DNA of 64,000 nucleotides from Andalucia godoyi And28 (Eukaryota > Protista > Jakobida), in the NCBI GenBank assembly GCA_009859145.1, contig VRVR01000003.1:381315-445314 (forward strand), given 5' to 3'. The notes below the pieces were generated by a model, which was given only the letters and a program-made list of their open reading frames with translations, was not told the DNA's origin and searched no databases. Shown piece after piece: positions 43,755 to 54,892 of this stretch. The translations under genes and the position numbers were made by a program. Each line of letters opens with the position of its first letter. Position 1 is the first letter of the stretch.

Positions 43755-44189
43755 GTTTTCACCCGAAGAAAAATCAAACAGCCGTTGTTTCTTCAAAGAA
43801 TTATAAATCAATATAATTACCAAACCAAAGAATATGGAAACCAAAAACCCAAAACCAAAAACCCAAAACCAAAGAAGGAAAAATGCGTTTCTTTTTCTCT
43901 CTCTGTTTTGTGAGTGTGATTTTGCCGCCAAATGCAATTTCCTTACTGGCGGCTTCCAACTACGGCCGCGGGACAGCTGCGACCTCAATCGGAGTTTCAG
44001 ACTTTCGAAGTTGAGGATTCGAGGAAACAACGAACATTCGATGCTTCTTCCTGCACATTGAGATTTCTTTGGTTTGTCTGAACAGAAGAAGACATTGTGA
44101 CAGTGAAAAATAATGTGATAATAGTCGTAGTAGTTTGAAAGACCAAAAGAGGAAAACTAGAGTAGAAGAAAGATTGTTTAAACGAGAAA

Positions 44190-45119
44190 ATGGGTGAAAC
44201 GATCGAGTTGGAAGATTCGGAATCGCAAGAAAGGAAGAGCAAGAGCAAGAGCAAGAGCAAGAGTAAGAACAAGGGTAGTGGGAAGGAGCTTCAACCGATT
44301 CCAAAGATGCTTTCGGCGTCTGGCGGTGCTGCGTTGACGGTGATCTTCACGACTCCCTTTGATGTACTCAAGACGCGTGCGCAGATCGAGAATCGGAAAA
44401 TTCGTGTTTCTGAGCTTGTGAGAAGCGAAGGAACGCGGTCTTTGTTTCGTGGATTGCAAACGGGACTTGTCATGTCGGTTCCTGTAACAGGGATCTATTT
44501 TGTAATGTATGAATCTTTCAAGGAGTTTCTTATCCAAGTCTGCAGCCTAGGATTCGCAGCGCCATTAGTCTCCGGGTCCGCGGCACGCATTGTGACGTCA
44601 ACTCTTGTTTGTCCTTTAGAAATTGCGCGGACGAACTTCCAAGCGTCGTCGTCATCGAATGCGCAAGTGGGAAAGAGTTCGGCGTTCGGTTTGTTGAGAA
44701 CTGTCGTTAGAGACCGAGGGTTTCGCGGACTCTGGACTGGCCTTGGACCTACATTGTTCAGAGATGCGCCGTTTTCCGCGATCTATTGGGCCGGGTATGA
44801 GCTCATCAAAGAGCAGATGATCGGGGCATTGGGTTTCTCAGAAAAGAGTCTGGTGGTTGCCTTCACAGCAGGCGCTGTTTCGGGACTGGCAGGCGCAGCG
44901 GCGACAACGCCGTTAGACGTGATCAAGTCGCGAAGGCAAGCACAGCTCATGGTTTCTGCCGAACGTGCCGGATCGCTGGAGATTGCAAAGTCGATCTGGA
45001 ACACAACGGGGTACAAGGGGTTCCTTGCAGGCGTCGGACCGCGGTGTGCAAAGGTTGCACCAGCATGTGCAATCATGATTTCAACTTACGAGGGTCTTCG
45101 ATCCGTGCTCGAGACGTAA
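44190..45119 (+). CDS. Mitochondrial carrier, SLC25A39/40 (Mtm1)-like
   Basis: Three carrier repeats (TTPFDVLKTRAQ, VCPLEIARTNFQ, TTPLDVIKSRRQ), TLFRDAPFSAIYW and CAKVAPACAIMISTYE. Confidence 0.88.
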   Translation: MGETIELEDSESQERKSKSKSKSKSKNKGSGKELQPIPKMLSASGGAALTVIFTTPFDVLKTRAQIENRKIRVSELVRSEGTRSLFRGLQTGLVMSVPVTGIYFVMYESFKEFLIQVCSLGFAAPLVSGSAARIVTSTLVCPLEIARTNFQASSSSNAQVGKSSAFGLLRTVVRDRGFRGLWTGLGPTLFRDAPFSAIYWAGYELIKEQMIGALGFSEKSLVVAFTAGAVSGLAGAAATTPLDVIKSRRQAQLMVSAERAGSLEIAKSIWNTTGYKGFLAGVGPRCAKVAPACAIMISTYEGLRSVLET

Positions 45120-45437
45120 TCTTCGCGGCATCATCAATTGTCCAACAAATAGAAGAACGTCAAACGCAAAATCACAACCAACAAAGCTCGCGCAGCTGTC
45201 CTGGTTGTGAATTTCTGACGCTACGCTCCTACTTCTCACCGACGAAAGCATTCCCATGAAAATAAGCCGTGGAGCTTTATTGCTCCAGCGATTTCGAGGC
45301 CGTGGATCGCGCGCGTTCGCCTCTTTTTCTTTGTTTCTGCTTTCTTTTTCTTTTTTCTTTTTTTCTTTTTTGCTTCTTCTTTTCTTCTTCTTCTTTTTTG
45401 TTTGAAAGAAGAATTCTATTTTGCCGCGAGACCGATT

Positions 45438-47129
45438 CTATCGCTTCGCCTTCTTTGGTGGTGGTGGAGGAGTCGCTGAAACAAATTCTTCTTCGTCCTC
45501 GAGATCATTGCCCTCTTCAAGATCGTTTCGCGAGAGGGCCGCTGCGAAATGTGGCTTTGGGGCAGCATAGTACTGTTTCGGAGGACTGCTGGTTTCCGGG
45601 GCAAAGATTTTTCGCTGGCTTCGCTGACTGGTGCCTTGCGTCCCGCTGAGAGGCTCCACACGCGGTGTCGGAATCGGCTGCGAGTCATGTTCCAAAAAGG
45701 AACCGCCGGAAGACTGCGATTCGTCAAGCTCCACATTCCTGGGAATTGCCGATAAATCCATTGCGTTTCGAACCATTGAGCTATGGTCCAAAGCGGCCCG
45801 TTCTCGTCGAAGTTGCGATGACTCGGACGGTGCTTCGGACGGCAGTCTGCGATTCATGTGCATATTCGACGTCGTCGTCGTGGACATGATGGTCTCGGGC
45901 ATTGATGACGACGTGACTTCTCGAATAGAAACCTGTGTTTCCCCCTCCAAAAAAAATAATAAATAAATAAATAAATAAAAAGAAATAAAAAACGAAGAAA
46001 GATACAGAAAATGAGAATACAAAATAAAAAGAATGATTAAGAGCAGGCGAAAGAAGAGAGAAAGAGAGAAAGAGAGAAAGAGAAGAAATGCCATACGTCG
46101 CCCTCTGTTTGCTGCGTCCCGTCAATGGTCGTTGCATTTGCTGAGCGCGGTCTGTTGGAGGAACCATGGGATGCATGAATCGTCTGTGCAGCAGCAGCAG
46201 CAGCAGCTTGTGTTTGATCTTCCGAAAGCGTGGCAAGTACAACATCCGCGGACCACACGCCATCCAAGAAACAGCTCATGACAACGGGCATTCCTGGATG
46301 GCTCATACGAATTGCAATTTTTCCTTCTGCAAACGCGACAAATGACTTTGCTTCCTTAATCGGAAACACAAGTTCTGTGGAGCCGGAGTCGGTCTGCGGG
46401 ACCACAAATTCTTCAAAATCACTACGCGTCACACTGACATCGGTTGACATTGCATCTCCACCCGACTCGGTCCATGACAGGAAGCCCACATGTTCGTTTG
46501 TCATTCGCATTGCGAGTTCGTCAACCGACGCAGCAAAATTTCCAAGGAGTGCGTTCAGAAGTTTCGACTCCAGAACAAGACGAAACGGCATTGCATCCTT
46601 GTTGTACACTGCAGTAACCGAGTCTGACGACGAAGCGTGCAGCGAATAGGCGCGGGAATGCAGCACTCGCTGCGCATCGAAAAATTCCACTTGTATTTTA
46701 AAATAAGACTGATCCGTATTCGTGGAGAATGATATGCGAATGTTATCCGAACCCTGCCACCCCTTCTGGGCGATCAGCAGGTTCTTTGATGGAATCTTTA
46801 AGCGACTGACGCTAGAGGCCGGGAATTCAAAAAAACAGTGCTGGTGCAGTTCAATGAGAAAGAACCCAGACTGCGAATGGTTGATTGCTTTCATCAAGCA
46901 CTACCAGAAACATAAGACAGATAAGAAAAAAAAAGCTGGCACGAGAGATCAAGAGCATACGCAGGGAAAGAAAGTAGAGTAAACACCACCATACCTTTTC
47001 ATTCGGACGAAATTCCAGTGTGATATCGTCTGATACTTTCGCTAAAGCCTGCAGTGCTTTAGAAAACAGCTTGTTGGCTTCTGGCGCTAACGTCGCAAGA
47101 GGAATTTCTCGCTCTTCTGTTGTTGCCAT
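45438..47129 (-). CDS. RAD9: Rad9 (9-1-1 checkpoint clamp subunit); exons 47129-46995, 46900-46097, 45932-45438
   Basis: KLFSKALQALAKVSDDITLEF...AINHSQSGFFLIELHQHCFFEF and FPIKEAKSFVAFAE...GMPVVM motifs. Two phase-0 GTATGG..AG introns; disordered tail ending PPKKAKR. Confidence 0.85.
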
Positions 47130-47543
47130 ACAAAAAACGTAAAACGCAAACACGCACGTTTACTAGGGAAAAAAGAACGACAGAAAAAACAAAATAGAAA
47201 TAAAATAGAAATAAAAATTATATTAAAATAAAATAAGAAAAAAGTGGACTTTTTTCGAACTTGTTTGTGGATTGATGGTTCCCGCCAGTAGAGGCATCGA
47301 GCGGGGGGTGGGGTGTTTACAACCGGCGGAATTTCGCGAACATATTTACAATTTTCTGTTTCCGATCTATGCAACATCTCAACGACAAAACAGCATCCAC
47401 ACACACACACACGCACACACACGCACACACACGCACACACACGTACACAAGGATACTCATTGCCGATCATTTCCATCCATTCCCCAACCCAATAAAGTCG
47501 TCGGTCGAAAACTCGGAATGGTCCCCAAGTTTTAAGTGAGTGG

Positions 47544-48507
47544 CTATCGAAAAAAGCCTTCTCTTTCGACAATTCTTCGAGATGCACGAACGACAAGATC
47601 GGTGCGGTATCCACCAGCTGCCCAGACTCTGCGATTCAGATCCTGCCGACTGACTTGTCTGGCTCTTTCAGCCACCTTTTCCGTTTCAGCATCCAACTTT
47701 CGCGGAAGCTGCGGCGCAAGTTGCTTCGGAGCATTTGTGGCCGCTTCTGGCTTTCTTTCAGCAGCGAGATTGGAGGATGATGCCGAACTTGGCATCATGA
47801 CAGTCGCACCCGCACCCACACTCGCAGTAGAAGTCGCAGCTGCGGAAGAAGCAAGATTGGCATTGGACAGCGCCATCGCAGATGCTCGCGAGGCAGCCAA
47901 AGCTTCTCGTTCGCGTTCTTTTTCTCGAGCCTTTTCTTCGGCAACTTGTTTGCGAAGGCTCGCTGCTTTTTCAGTCTGGTTTCGTGATATTTGGTCTTTG
48001 AACTTTGATTTGTAATCTTCAAGCTTTGCGGTTGCTTCAGCGACGCCTGTTCGAGAGGCAAGCGAGAAGATGATGTCCTCGCGCACTTCTAAAAAATCAT
48101 TATATTCTACAAGAGCCGGAAAATCTTGTCTGTAAAGAAGCAATCTGTATGTATGTATCAATGCCGGCGAATAAAAACGAGGGGTGGAAAAATAACAAAA
48201 CAATCAGAGCAGAAGAGTAGAGCCCAGGAAGACGTGGACACAACAGCGATGCAGATACAACACACAGAGAACAAAAGAGAAAACGTTAGCTTGAATTTTT
48301 TTCCCGTAGGCTTTAGAAGGTCCTATATATATATATATTATGACCGAGGAAATGAAATACGAAAAGTAAAAACAAAACAAAACAAAGAAAAGAAGCAGAA
48401 AACAGGGGAGCATCAGCCAAAACATACTCGTTTTGAACTCGGCGTCGTTGGGACACTTCAGATTCAGAAGCTCCTGGAACACTCGGAGCTACTTCAACTC
48501 GGCGCAT
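47544..48507 (-). CDS. MNAT1: CAK assembly factor MAT1/Tfb3-like (5' end uncertain); exons ~48507-48428, 48144-47544
   Basis: The spliced EVSQRRRVQNELLLYRQDFPALVEYNDFLEVREDIIFSL matches the MAT1 helical region. The C-terminal LNRRVWAAGGY matches the family RAGGY motif. Confidence 0.78.
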
Positions 48508-49060
48508 GATCGCTTTTCTTGCGAGGCTGTGTAAAAAACGAGAAAAACAAAAGAGAGGCCGAAGTCTGCGCGAAGACGATTAGATGAAGAGAAGAGAGCA
48601 CATATGTATATATATACACACACACGCACACACAGAGACACGTGCGGACAGAAGACCACTTTTGTCATGATCTTCGACAAAACAGCAGCAGCTGGGAACG
48701 AAGCTAGCTGCATGTGAAACAATGCGGCTAGCTGTGTACCGTTTCCCCGCTCCTAGCTGTTTTCCAAGCAGCTATTCGGCGTCTGCAGGAAAAGGCCTGA
48801 GCTTCGCAGCATCAATTGAGCATGCGAGGAAACCGTGCAGCACTTGGAGCTACACCGTACACGCGCATCCAGCATAGTTCCGACTGCTCAATTTCGCACT
48901 GTCTTTTTTCCCTAGTGAGACGCGTCCTCGATATGTTTTATTATTTGGTTTTTTCATTTCCCTTCCTTCTCTTTCTCTTTCCTTTTCTCTGTCACTCACT
49001 CTCTATTTGCTCCTTCTAGCTTGTGGATCTTTGCGCCATTTTCATCGCTATCACCACACC

Positions 49061-49795
49061 ATGTTCCGCCTGGCAGCCCTGTCTTCCCTCCGTTCGGCTT
49101 TCCGCCCTTCTTTCGTCCAAGGGATGACTGTTCGGTATGTGTCTTTTCCTCCTGCCTTCCTTCCTCTCACCCTTCCTGTCCCTTCCTTCCATGATCATGA
49201 TCACTGGTCTATCGCCAAGGTCCGATCTGGCGATTGAGACTGTTGTTCACCAGATTTCCAGTTTCAAGAGAGTGTTCATGTTTTCTAATGCCTGGTTGTA
49301 TTCGGTTGGTTTTACGTGTTTTCCCTGCATTGATTTGAATTTGAATTTGAATTTGAATTTGAATTTGAATTTGAATTGAATTGCTTCTCTGTGCATTCCT
49401 TTGTTTATGATGGTCGTCTATTTTTCGATTGTTTGTTGAATTTGGGGGTCCTTTCTGCTCGTTTTGTACGTGTTGTTTTTATTATTTAAATTTTAAATGT
49501 TTGTCGGGTGCGTGGAGATAGTCGTTTTGGTGATGCAGCGGGTCTTCTTGCAAAGGATGAAGTTACGGAGCGGGTTCTTTCCGTTGTGAAGAAGTTTGAA
49601 AAGGTTGATCCGGCCAAGGTTTCTGCAACCGCCCATTTTGCAAACGATCTCGGTCTTGACTCTCTTGATGGTGTCGAGGTTGTCATGGCGCTGGAAGATG
49701 AATTTGCCTTGGAAATCTCGGACGAGGATGCAGAAAAGATCGTTTCGGTTGCTGACGCAATCAAGTTCATTGCCGCCAACCCGCAAGCCAAGTAA
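49061..49795 (+). CDS. NDUFAB1: Mitochondrial acyl carrier protein; exons 49061-49134, 49522-49795
   Basis: Arg/Ser-rich presequence MFRLAALSSLRSAFRPSF, DLGLDSLDGVEVVMALEDEF phosphopantetheine site, and a phase-2 GTATGT..TAG intron. Confidence 0.95.
49331..49382. repeat. (TTGAAT)n hexamer tandem inside the ACP intron
   Basis: About eight consecutive TGAATT/TTGAAT units. Confidence 0.9.
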
Positions 49796-50152
49796 AGGAC
49801 ATTTTCAAGAAAACAATAAAACAGAAAGATACACATCTCTCGTCTGTTTCTCACGCGACCGGGCTGTCGTTTCTTGTTTTTCTTTTTCTTGGAAACGTGC
49901 CGCCAGCCTTTTTCGTCACGTTTGAATCCGTGACATTTTTAAGAATAGCAGTGGTGCAAAGCACGTGCTCATCAAAACGTTTTTTAATTTATTTTTTATC
50001 ATTTCTTTTTCGTGTAAAGCTTTACAAAATAAGAATGTGGAATATCAGAGCAGGAAAACAACAACAACAACAACAACAACAACAGAAAAAAAGAAAATGA
50101 AAAAAAAAAAAAGGAAGGAGAGAGAGAGAGGGAAACGAAACAGTGGGAGAAA

Positions 50153-50512
50153 TTATGACGCCTTGAAGAGAAGAACTGCAATGGAACCGCCAAAGAAGAG
50201 ATACAAGAGTGTTTTGGTCTGGTACGTCACATCGAACCCAAAGCCTTCTCCAATAACGCAGTGCCAAGTGGCTCCAAACTTTTTATCAAGAGTCTCCTTT
50301 GCAAGCTTTGCGGCAGCTTCGTAATTCCCAGGGTACTTCTCGATCGCCGTGACGACCGTTTCGATTGCGTCTAGTCGCAGCTCTTCCGGCATATCACTCT
50401 TCTGCACAAGCGGATAGTTCATGTTCTTACGAGGATCAACCTTCTCGGTTCCCGCTGCTGCGGCCGCCGGAGCCACCGCCGCTGCCGCTGCCGCTGGTGC
50501 TGTGTCCGCCAT
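50153..50512 (-). CDS. DNAL4: Axonemal dynein light chain 4 (LC8 family)
   Basis: YPLVQKSDMPEE...AAKLAKETLDKKFGATWHCVIGEGFGFDVT...LLYLFFGG. Confidence 0.93.
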   Translation of the reverse strand: MADTAPAAAAAAVAPAAAAAGTEKVDPRKNMNYPLVQKSDMPEELRLDAIETVVTAIEKYPGNYEAAAKLAKETLDKKFGATWHCVIGEGFGFDVTYQTKTLLYLFFGGSIAVLLFKAS

Positions 50513-50780
50513 GATTCTCTGCTTCTATCCCAAAAAAAAAAAAAGACAAAAACAAAACAAACCAACCAAAAATTATTCGAATCACGGACGAGAGCCCTCG
50601 TGGAGCATCGAGGAAGCAGTGTTTGTGACTCGTGGGCCATTACGAGATGAAATAGTCAACCGTCCGTTCAAGCTGTACAGCAGCTGCAATACCCCATCCC
50701 GCACATACCGGTATATCTACTGGTTTTTCTCCTCGCTGTCTCCAAGTCGTTTTCGAAAAAGGACGTACTGCACATTTGTT

Positions 50781-51707
50781 TTATTTTCTGGCCTTTTTGA
50801 AGTCAACGTTCACGGAGCCTACAGATTTGCCTCCAAGGACGCCTGCGAGAATGCGAGCTTGTTTGGTGCGCTCGGAAGCGAGGGAGACTGTGACGGAATC
50901 CTTCTTGACTCGTTTGGCCTTTGGCAGCTTGAGCGATGCTTCTTCCGCAGGTCGTTTTCCAAACTTTCCAAGCGACGCATTCGAAACGGCAACTTTCGAA
51001 TAGACCTTTTTCAGCGCATCCTTCTTTTCGATATTTCTTTCCTTCATCTTGAGATTTCGGGCTTTTGCTTTTTCGTTCTTTGTGATGTTTTCCTTTTTCT
51101 CTTTTCGCTTCGTGAATGGATCTTCTTTGCTGATGCTTGGTCCATCTGGAACAAGCCAGTCGTCTTGAATCGATTGGTTTGCCTTGGAATTGTACCCAAA
51201 CCGAGGCCGGAACTGATCTGCATCATCATCAAACACCATTCGTTCGCGCTTCTTCTTTGAAATCCCCTTCTCCTTTGCAAACGTCTCCCACTTTGACAGC
51301 TGTTTTTCTTCTTCCGGAACAGACTTTTCGCGCGGAAGTCGAGTCACGGCGTCCGGAAGCGTGAACACCTTTCCGACATCCGCAACCATCTCGGATGGCT
51401 GCTGCCAAAGCATGTCTGCCAGCTTCTGCACCGTCTCTTGTGCCTTCAGCGTCAAATATTCTTCAGGACGCTTTCTACAACATTCAAAACAAATAAAATT
51501 TAGAATTTTCCCTTCAGAAATTAATTATCAACCCACAAAAAGACCAGCAATAAAGGAGGAAGCCAAATAATAATAACAATAATAAAACAAATATATATGA
51601 AAAGGGAGGCTGAAAGAAACATACTTGATTTGCTGCAGATCCAATGGACTGTTATCAAAGACTGCCAGATGTCTGAGATCGATCAGTGTGCTGTCGTCCG
51701 AAGCCAT
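50781..51707 (-). CDS. RRS1: Ribosome biogenesis regulatory protein; exons 51707-51625, 51474-50781
   Basis: DLRHLAVFD, LPDAVTRLPREKSVP, SKWETFAKEKGI and MVFDDDADQFRPRFGY motifs; phase-2 GTATGT..TAG intron. Confidence 0.93.
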
Positions 51708-51925
51708 CGTGAATTCTCTGTGATCCCTCTTCTTTATCCGTTCTTCTTTTTCTGTTGGATGCTGTGAATGGCAGCAAAATGAGATCTTTGAGCCAAAGAC
51801 CTTTCGAAAAGAGTTGATTGAGAATAAAAAGGAAAAGGAAAACAAAAAACAAAAAACAAAAAACAAAAGAAAAGGAAAGGAAAGGAAAGGAAAGGAAAGG
51901 AAAAGGAAGAGCGAAAACCAATAGA

Positions 51926-52465
51926 CTACGACCGCAAATGATTGATTCGCAATGCTGGAGGAAATCGATCGTCCGGGCGCGACTCTGCAGGAGAAAGGCG
52001 GTATGTGTTCCCAGAGAGCGTGTTGATGACTTGTCCGCGCAGCAAAGGAATGTTTCGTTCCAGGACGCGGATGCTGGCGTGTTCGAAATCCCGATGGAAC
52101 CGGTCGTCGTCCGCACTCGATCTTTGTGCGACATGCAGATCGGATCCTCTGGAGTGTGTGGACTGGTACAGCAGTGCAGCCAGCTTGGCCCAATACATGG
52201 TGATTTGTGGGACTCGAATGCCGAGGACGAAGAGCCAGCCGCGGATGAATCCCGGCCATGACGAGTCCTCTGTTCGTACTGCCGAGACAGGTCCCGTGAG
52301 AACCGCGGATCGTGTCGACAGTGACGCACGCGCTTCCACGCCCTCTGCACCCTGCTCCTCGGAATACACTCTCATTCGGGTTGTCCGCCACTGCGGATCA
52401 AGCTCGTTGGCGTGAAGTCCAAGAGTCGTTCGAACGTCGTACTTTATCCCGTCGATGAATCCCAT
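51926..52465 (-). CDS. Hypothetical protein (coding frame uncertain)
   Basis: GC-rich block between two tracts that are T-rich on the minus strand. The 179-aa ATG frame is the best candidate, but the other frames are also open. Confidence 0.35.
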   Translation of the reverse strand: MGFIDGIKYDVRTTLGLHANELDPQWRTTRMRVYSEEQGAEGVEARASLSTRSAVLTGPVSAVRTEDSSWPGFIRGWLFVLGIRVPQITMYWAKLAALLYQSTHSRGSDLHVAQRSSADDDRFHRDFEHASIRVLERNIPLLRGQVINTLSGNTYRLSPAESRPDDRFPPALRINHLRS

Positions 52466-53585
52466 TCCCTGCGGCTCTCTGCATCATCTGCAGCCTGTAT
52501 CAATATCCAGAATCCTACTCCCGACACACAATCGGGGTGGAAAGGGGGAAAAAGATATCAGTTAAAAAATAAAATAAAATAAAAAATGTAAAATAAAAAG
52601 ACCCTAAGATAAGAAAACACACGAACAACGCGAGGAAAACATGATAATGAAAGATGATGTGCAGTTGCAGGAAGGTCGGAGTCCTATCGGCTGTTTCCCT
52701 TCTCTCACAGCCGATTTTCACTGTTTGTTGATGTGTTATTCAAATATACATAGTTTTCATTATTGTTTGCAGCGTAATAATGATTTTGGAATTCATGTTA
52801 ATGTAGATCGAAGAAGCTGCTGGTATCTGCGCGGGTTACTTTCAGGTGAAGAAGAAGAGGCGGAATGATTGCACCAGCTGTTGTGCTGATGCAGGTTGTT
52901 TCTGCAGTTTCGTTTTGGGCATTTCAAATGTTCCGAGCGGATGTGCAGCACGTTCGTAGGTTCGAAGAAGCGCTTCAAACCAGCTTTTCACTTGAATCAC
53001 AATGTTCTCGTTCTGCAGTCTTGCTTGCGAATCACGAGCATGCAGAGGGATTGTTGCCTGAGGATCCATCAATCCTCATTTCCATTGATTTTGGAGCATC
53101 GCCGAGTGCTCAGCGCCAGACCGCGCCAGCAATCACGTTCTCAGAACCTTGGAACGAGTAAGAACGCATGTTTCATAGAAGAAAAAAAACAACCAGATGA
53201 AGAAGAAGGAAAATAACAAAAAACAAGCTGGGGAAGGGAGCATGGTGCTGTGGCTTCTTGTTTGAGAAATTCATTTTCTTTTATTTATTCATTCGAGGGA
53301 GATTATGTTCATAAGGGGGTGGGCACGAGTCACGACCGTCTTCCAAGGCCATCATCATGCTGTATTGAGATTCGATGCACCAACCATTTGGGGCTTCTCC
53401 TCCTCCCCCTCTTCCTCTTCCGCAGCGAGTGTGGCATTCCCGAATCACACGCACGCACGCACATACATATAACATCGCATAAAGTAAGGATACATAACAA
53501 CACCATGTACATCGTCGCTTCTTGGTTTGTTTCCTTGTTCGATCGCAAAAACTGTAAACCCGGTTGGGAAAAAAACGCTGCTGTG

Positions 53586-54382
53586 CTACAATCGAATGGG
53601 CACGAGGTTTCCAAAGTGCGAACTCATTCGCATTTGCGGACGGTTGGGTCTGGCTGTCTCGTGGTCGCTTGCATTTTCCTTGTTTGTCGAAGGGACAACT
53701 TGCGGCTCAAAATAACAAGCTCTGCACACTGAGACGTACTTGTCGGCACCACCAATGATGTTGACTTCGCACTCAGCACTGATCCTCTTGGAGAACGAAG
53801 CAGCCCTCGAGCACTTCATGCAAACCGCAGTGAGCTTTTCCACCGACTCAGCCATCGGGATCAATTCTGCAACATTCGGAAACGCTTTTCTCTGGAACGT
53901 GGCATCCAGCGCAGAGATAATGATCGTCCGTCCAGCATTTGCGTGCTTCTCGCAAAACGGAACCAAATCCGGGAACTACGTGGACCTCCCCAAAAAAACC
54001 CCAAAAAAGGAAAGCCGAAAATCATTTAGAAAAACCATCTGCTACAGAATGCGAAAAAAAAAGGAGATGAAAAGGCACAGGGGAAAAAAGAAGAAAAGAA
54101 TCTTGAACAACATACAAACTGCCCTTCGTCAATTCCAATGACATCAACATGTTCCACATCGGTTTCAACTTCTGCAAGCGTCAGTGCCCCCTTTGCCGCA
54201 ATCGTCTGCCGATCGTGAGTTGCCATGCACTCGGCCGAGTAGCGTGTGTCAGCCTTGAACTTGATCAGCACACACCGCTTCTTTGCGACATTGTATCTAC
54301 GGATTCTGCGCATCAGCTCTGTCGACTTTCCTGCAAACATCGGTCCGATAATGAGTTGGATGTGTCCTTCGTGGTCTGACAT
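53586..54382 (-). CDS. TK1: Thymidine kinase 1 (type II TK); exons 54382-54116, 53975-53586
   Basis: IIGPMFAGKSTEL, DTRY, IGIDEGQF/FPD, ALDATFQRKAF and the KLTAVCMKC...CRAC zinc site; phase-0 GTATGT..TAG intron. Confidence 0.96.
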
Positions 54383-54892
54383 TTTTCCTTCTTTCTTATA
54401 GCTCTCCTCCCCCGCCAAAATAAAAATAAATAAAAAAGGAAAGAAAAGTGAGATATAAAACAGCGGATTGGGAACCTAGGAGCAACGGAATGAATGGGAG
54501 AGACAGAGAGAGGCCAAGAAGAAGATGAAAATGAAAAATGAAAAATGAAAAAAGATAAAAGAAAAAAGATAAAAGAAAAGGGAAAACTGGAATTCAGAGG
54601 GTCTTCGTCTCTTTTGGACTCTTTTGGACTCTTTTGAAACTCTTTTGGACTTGTGTTGGCGCCACCACAAATTGGGCGCGGTTTTCCCTCTTTTTGCTCG
54701 CTGAATTTCAATTGAGGTTCTCCCGCGTTGGGGGGTTTTGGATGTACAGCATGTTTTTTTTTCCATTTGAGTCCGTGTGCGTGCGCGGATTTTTGGAGAG
54801 TTCGTGTCCCCAACGCAGTTTTTTTTCCAGTCTTTCTTCTTTTCTTCTTTTGTGTTTTTCTGTTTTTTAGAAAAAGTGGAAAGCTGCCGAGA

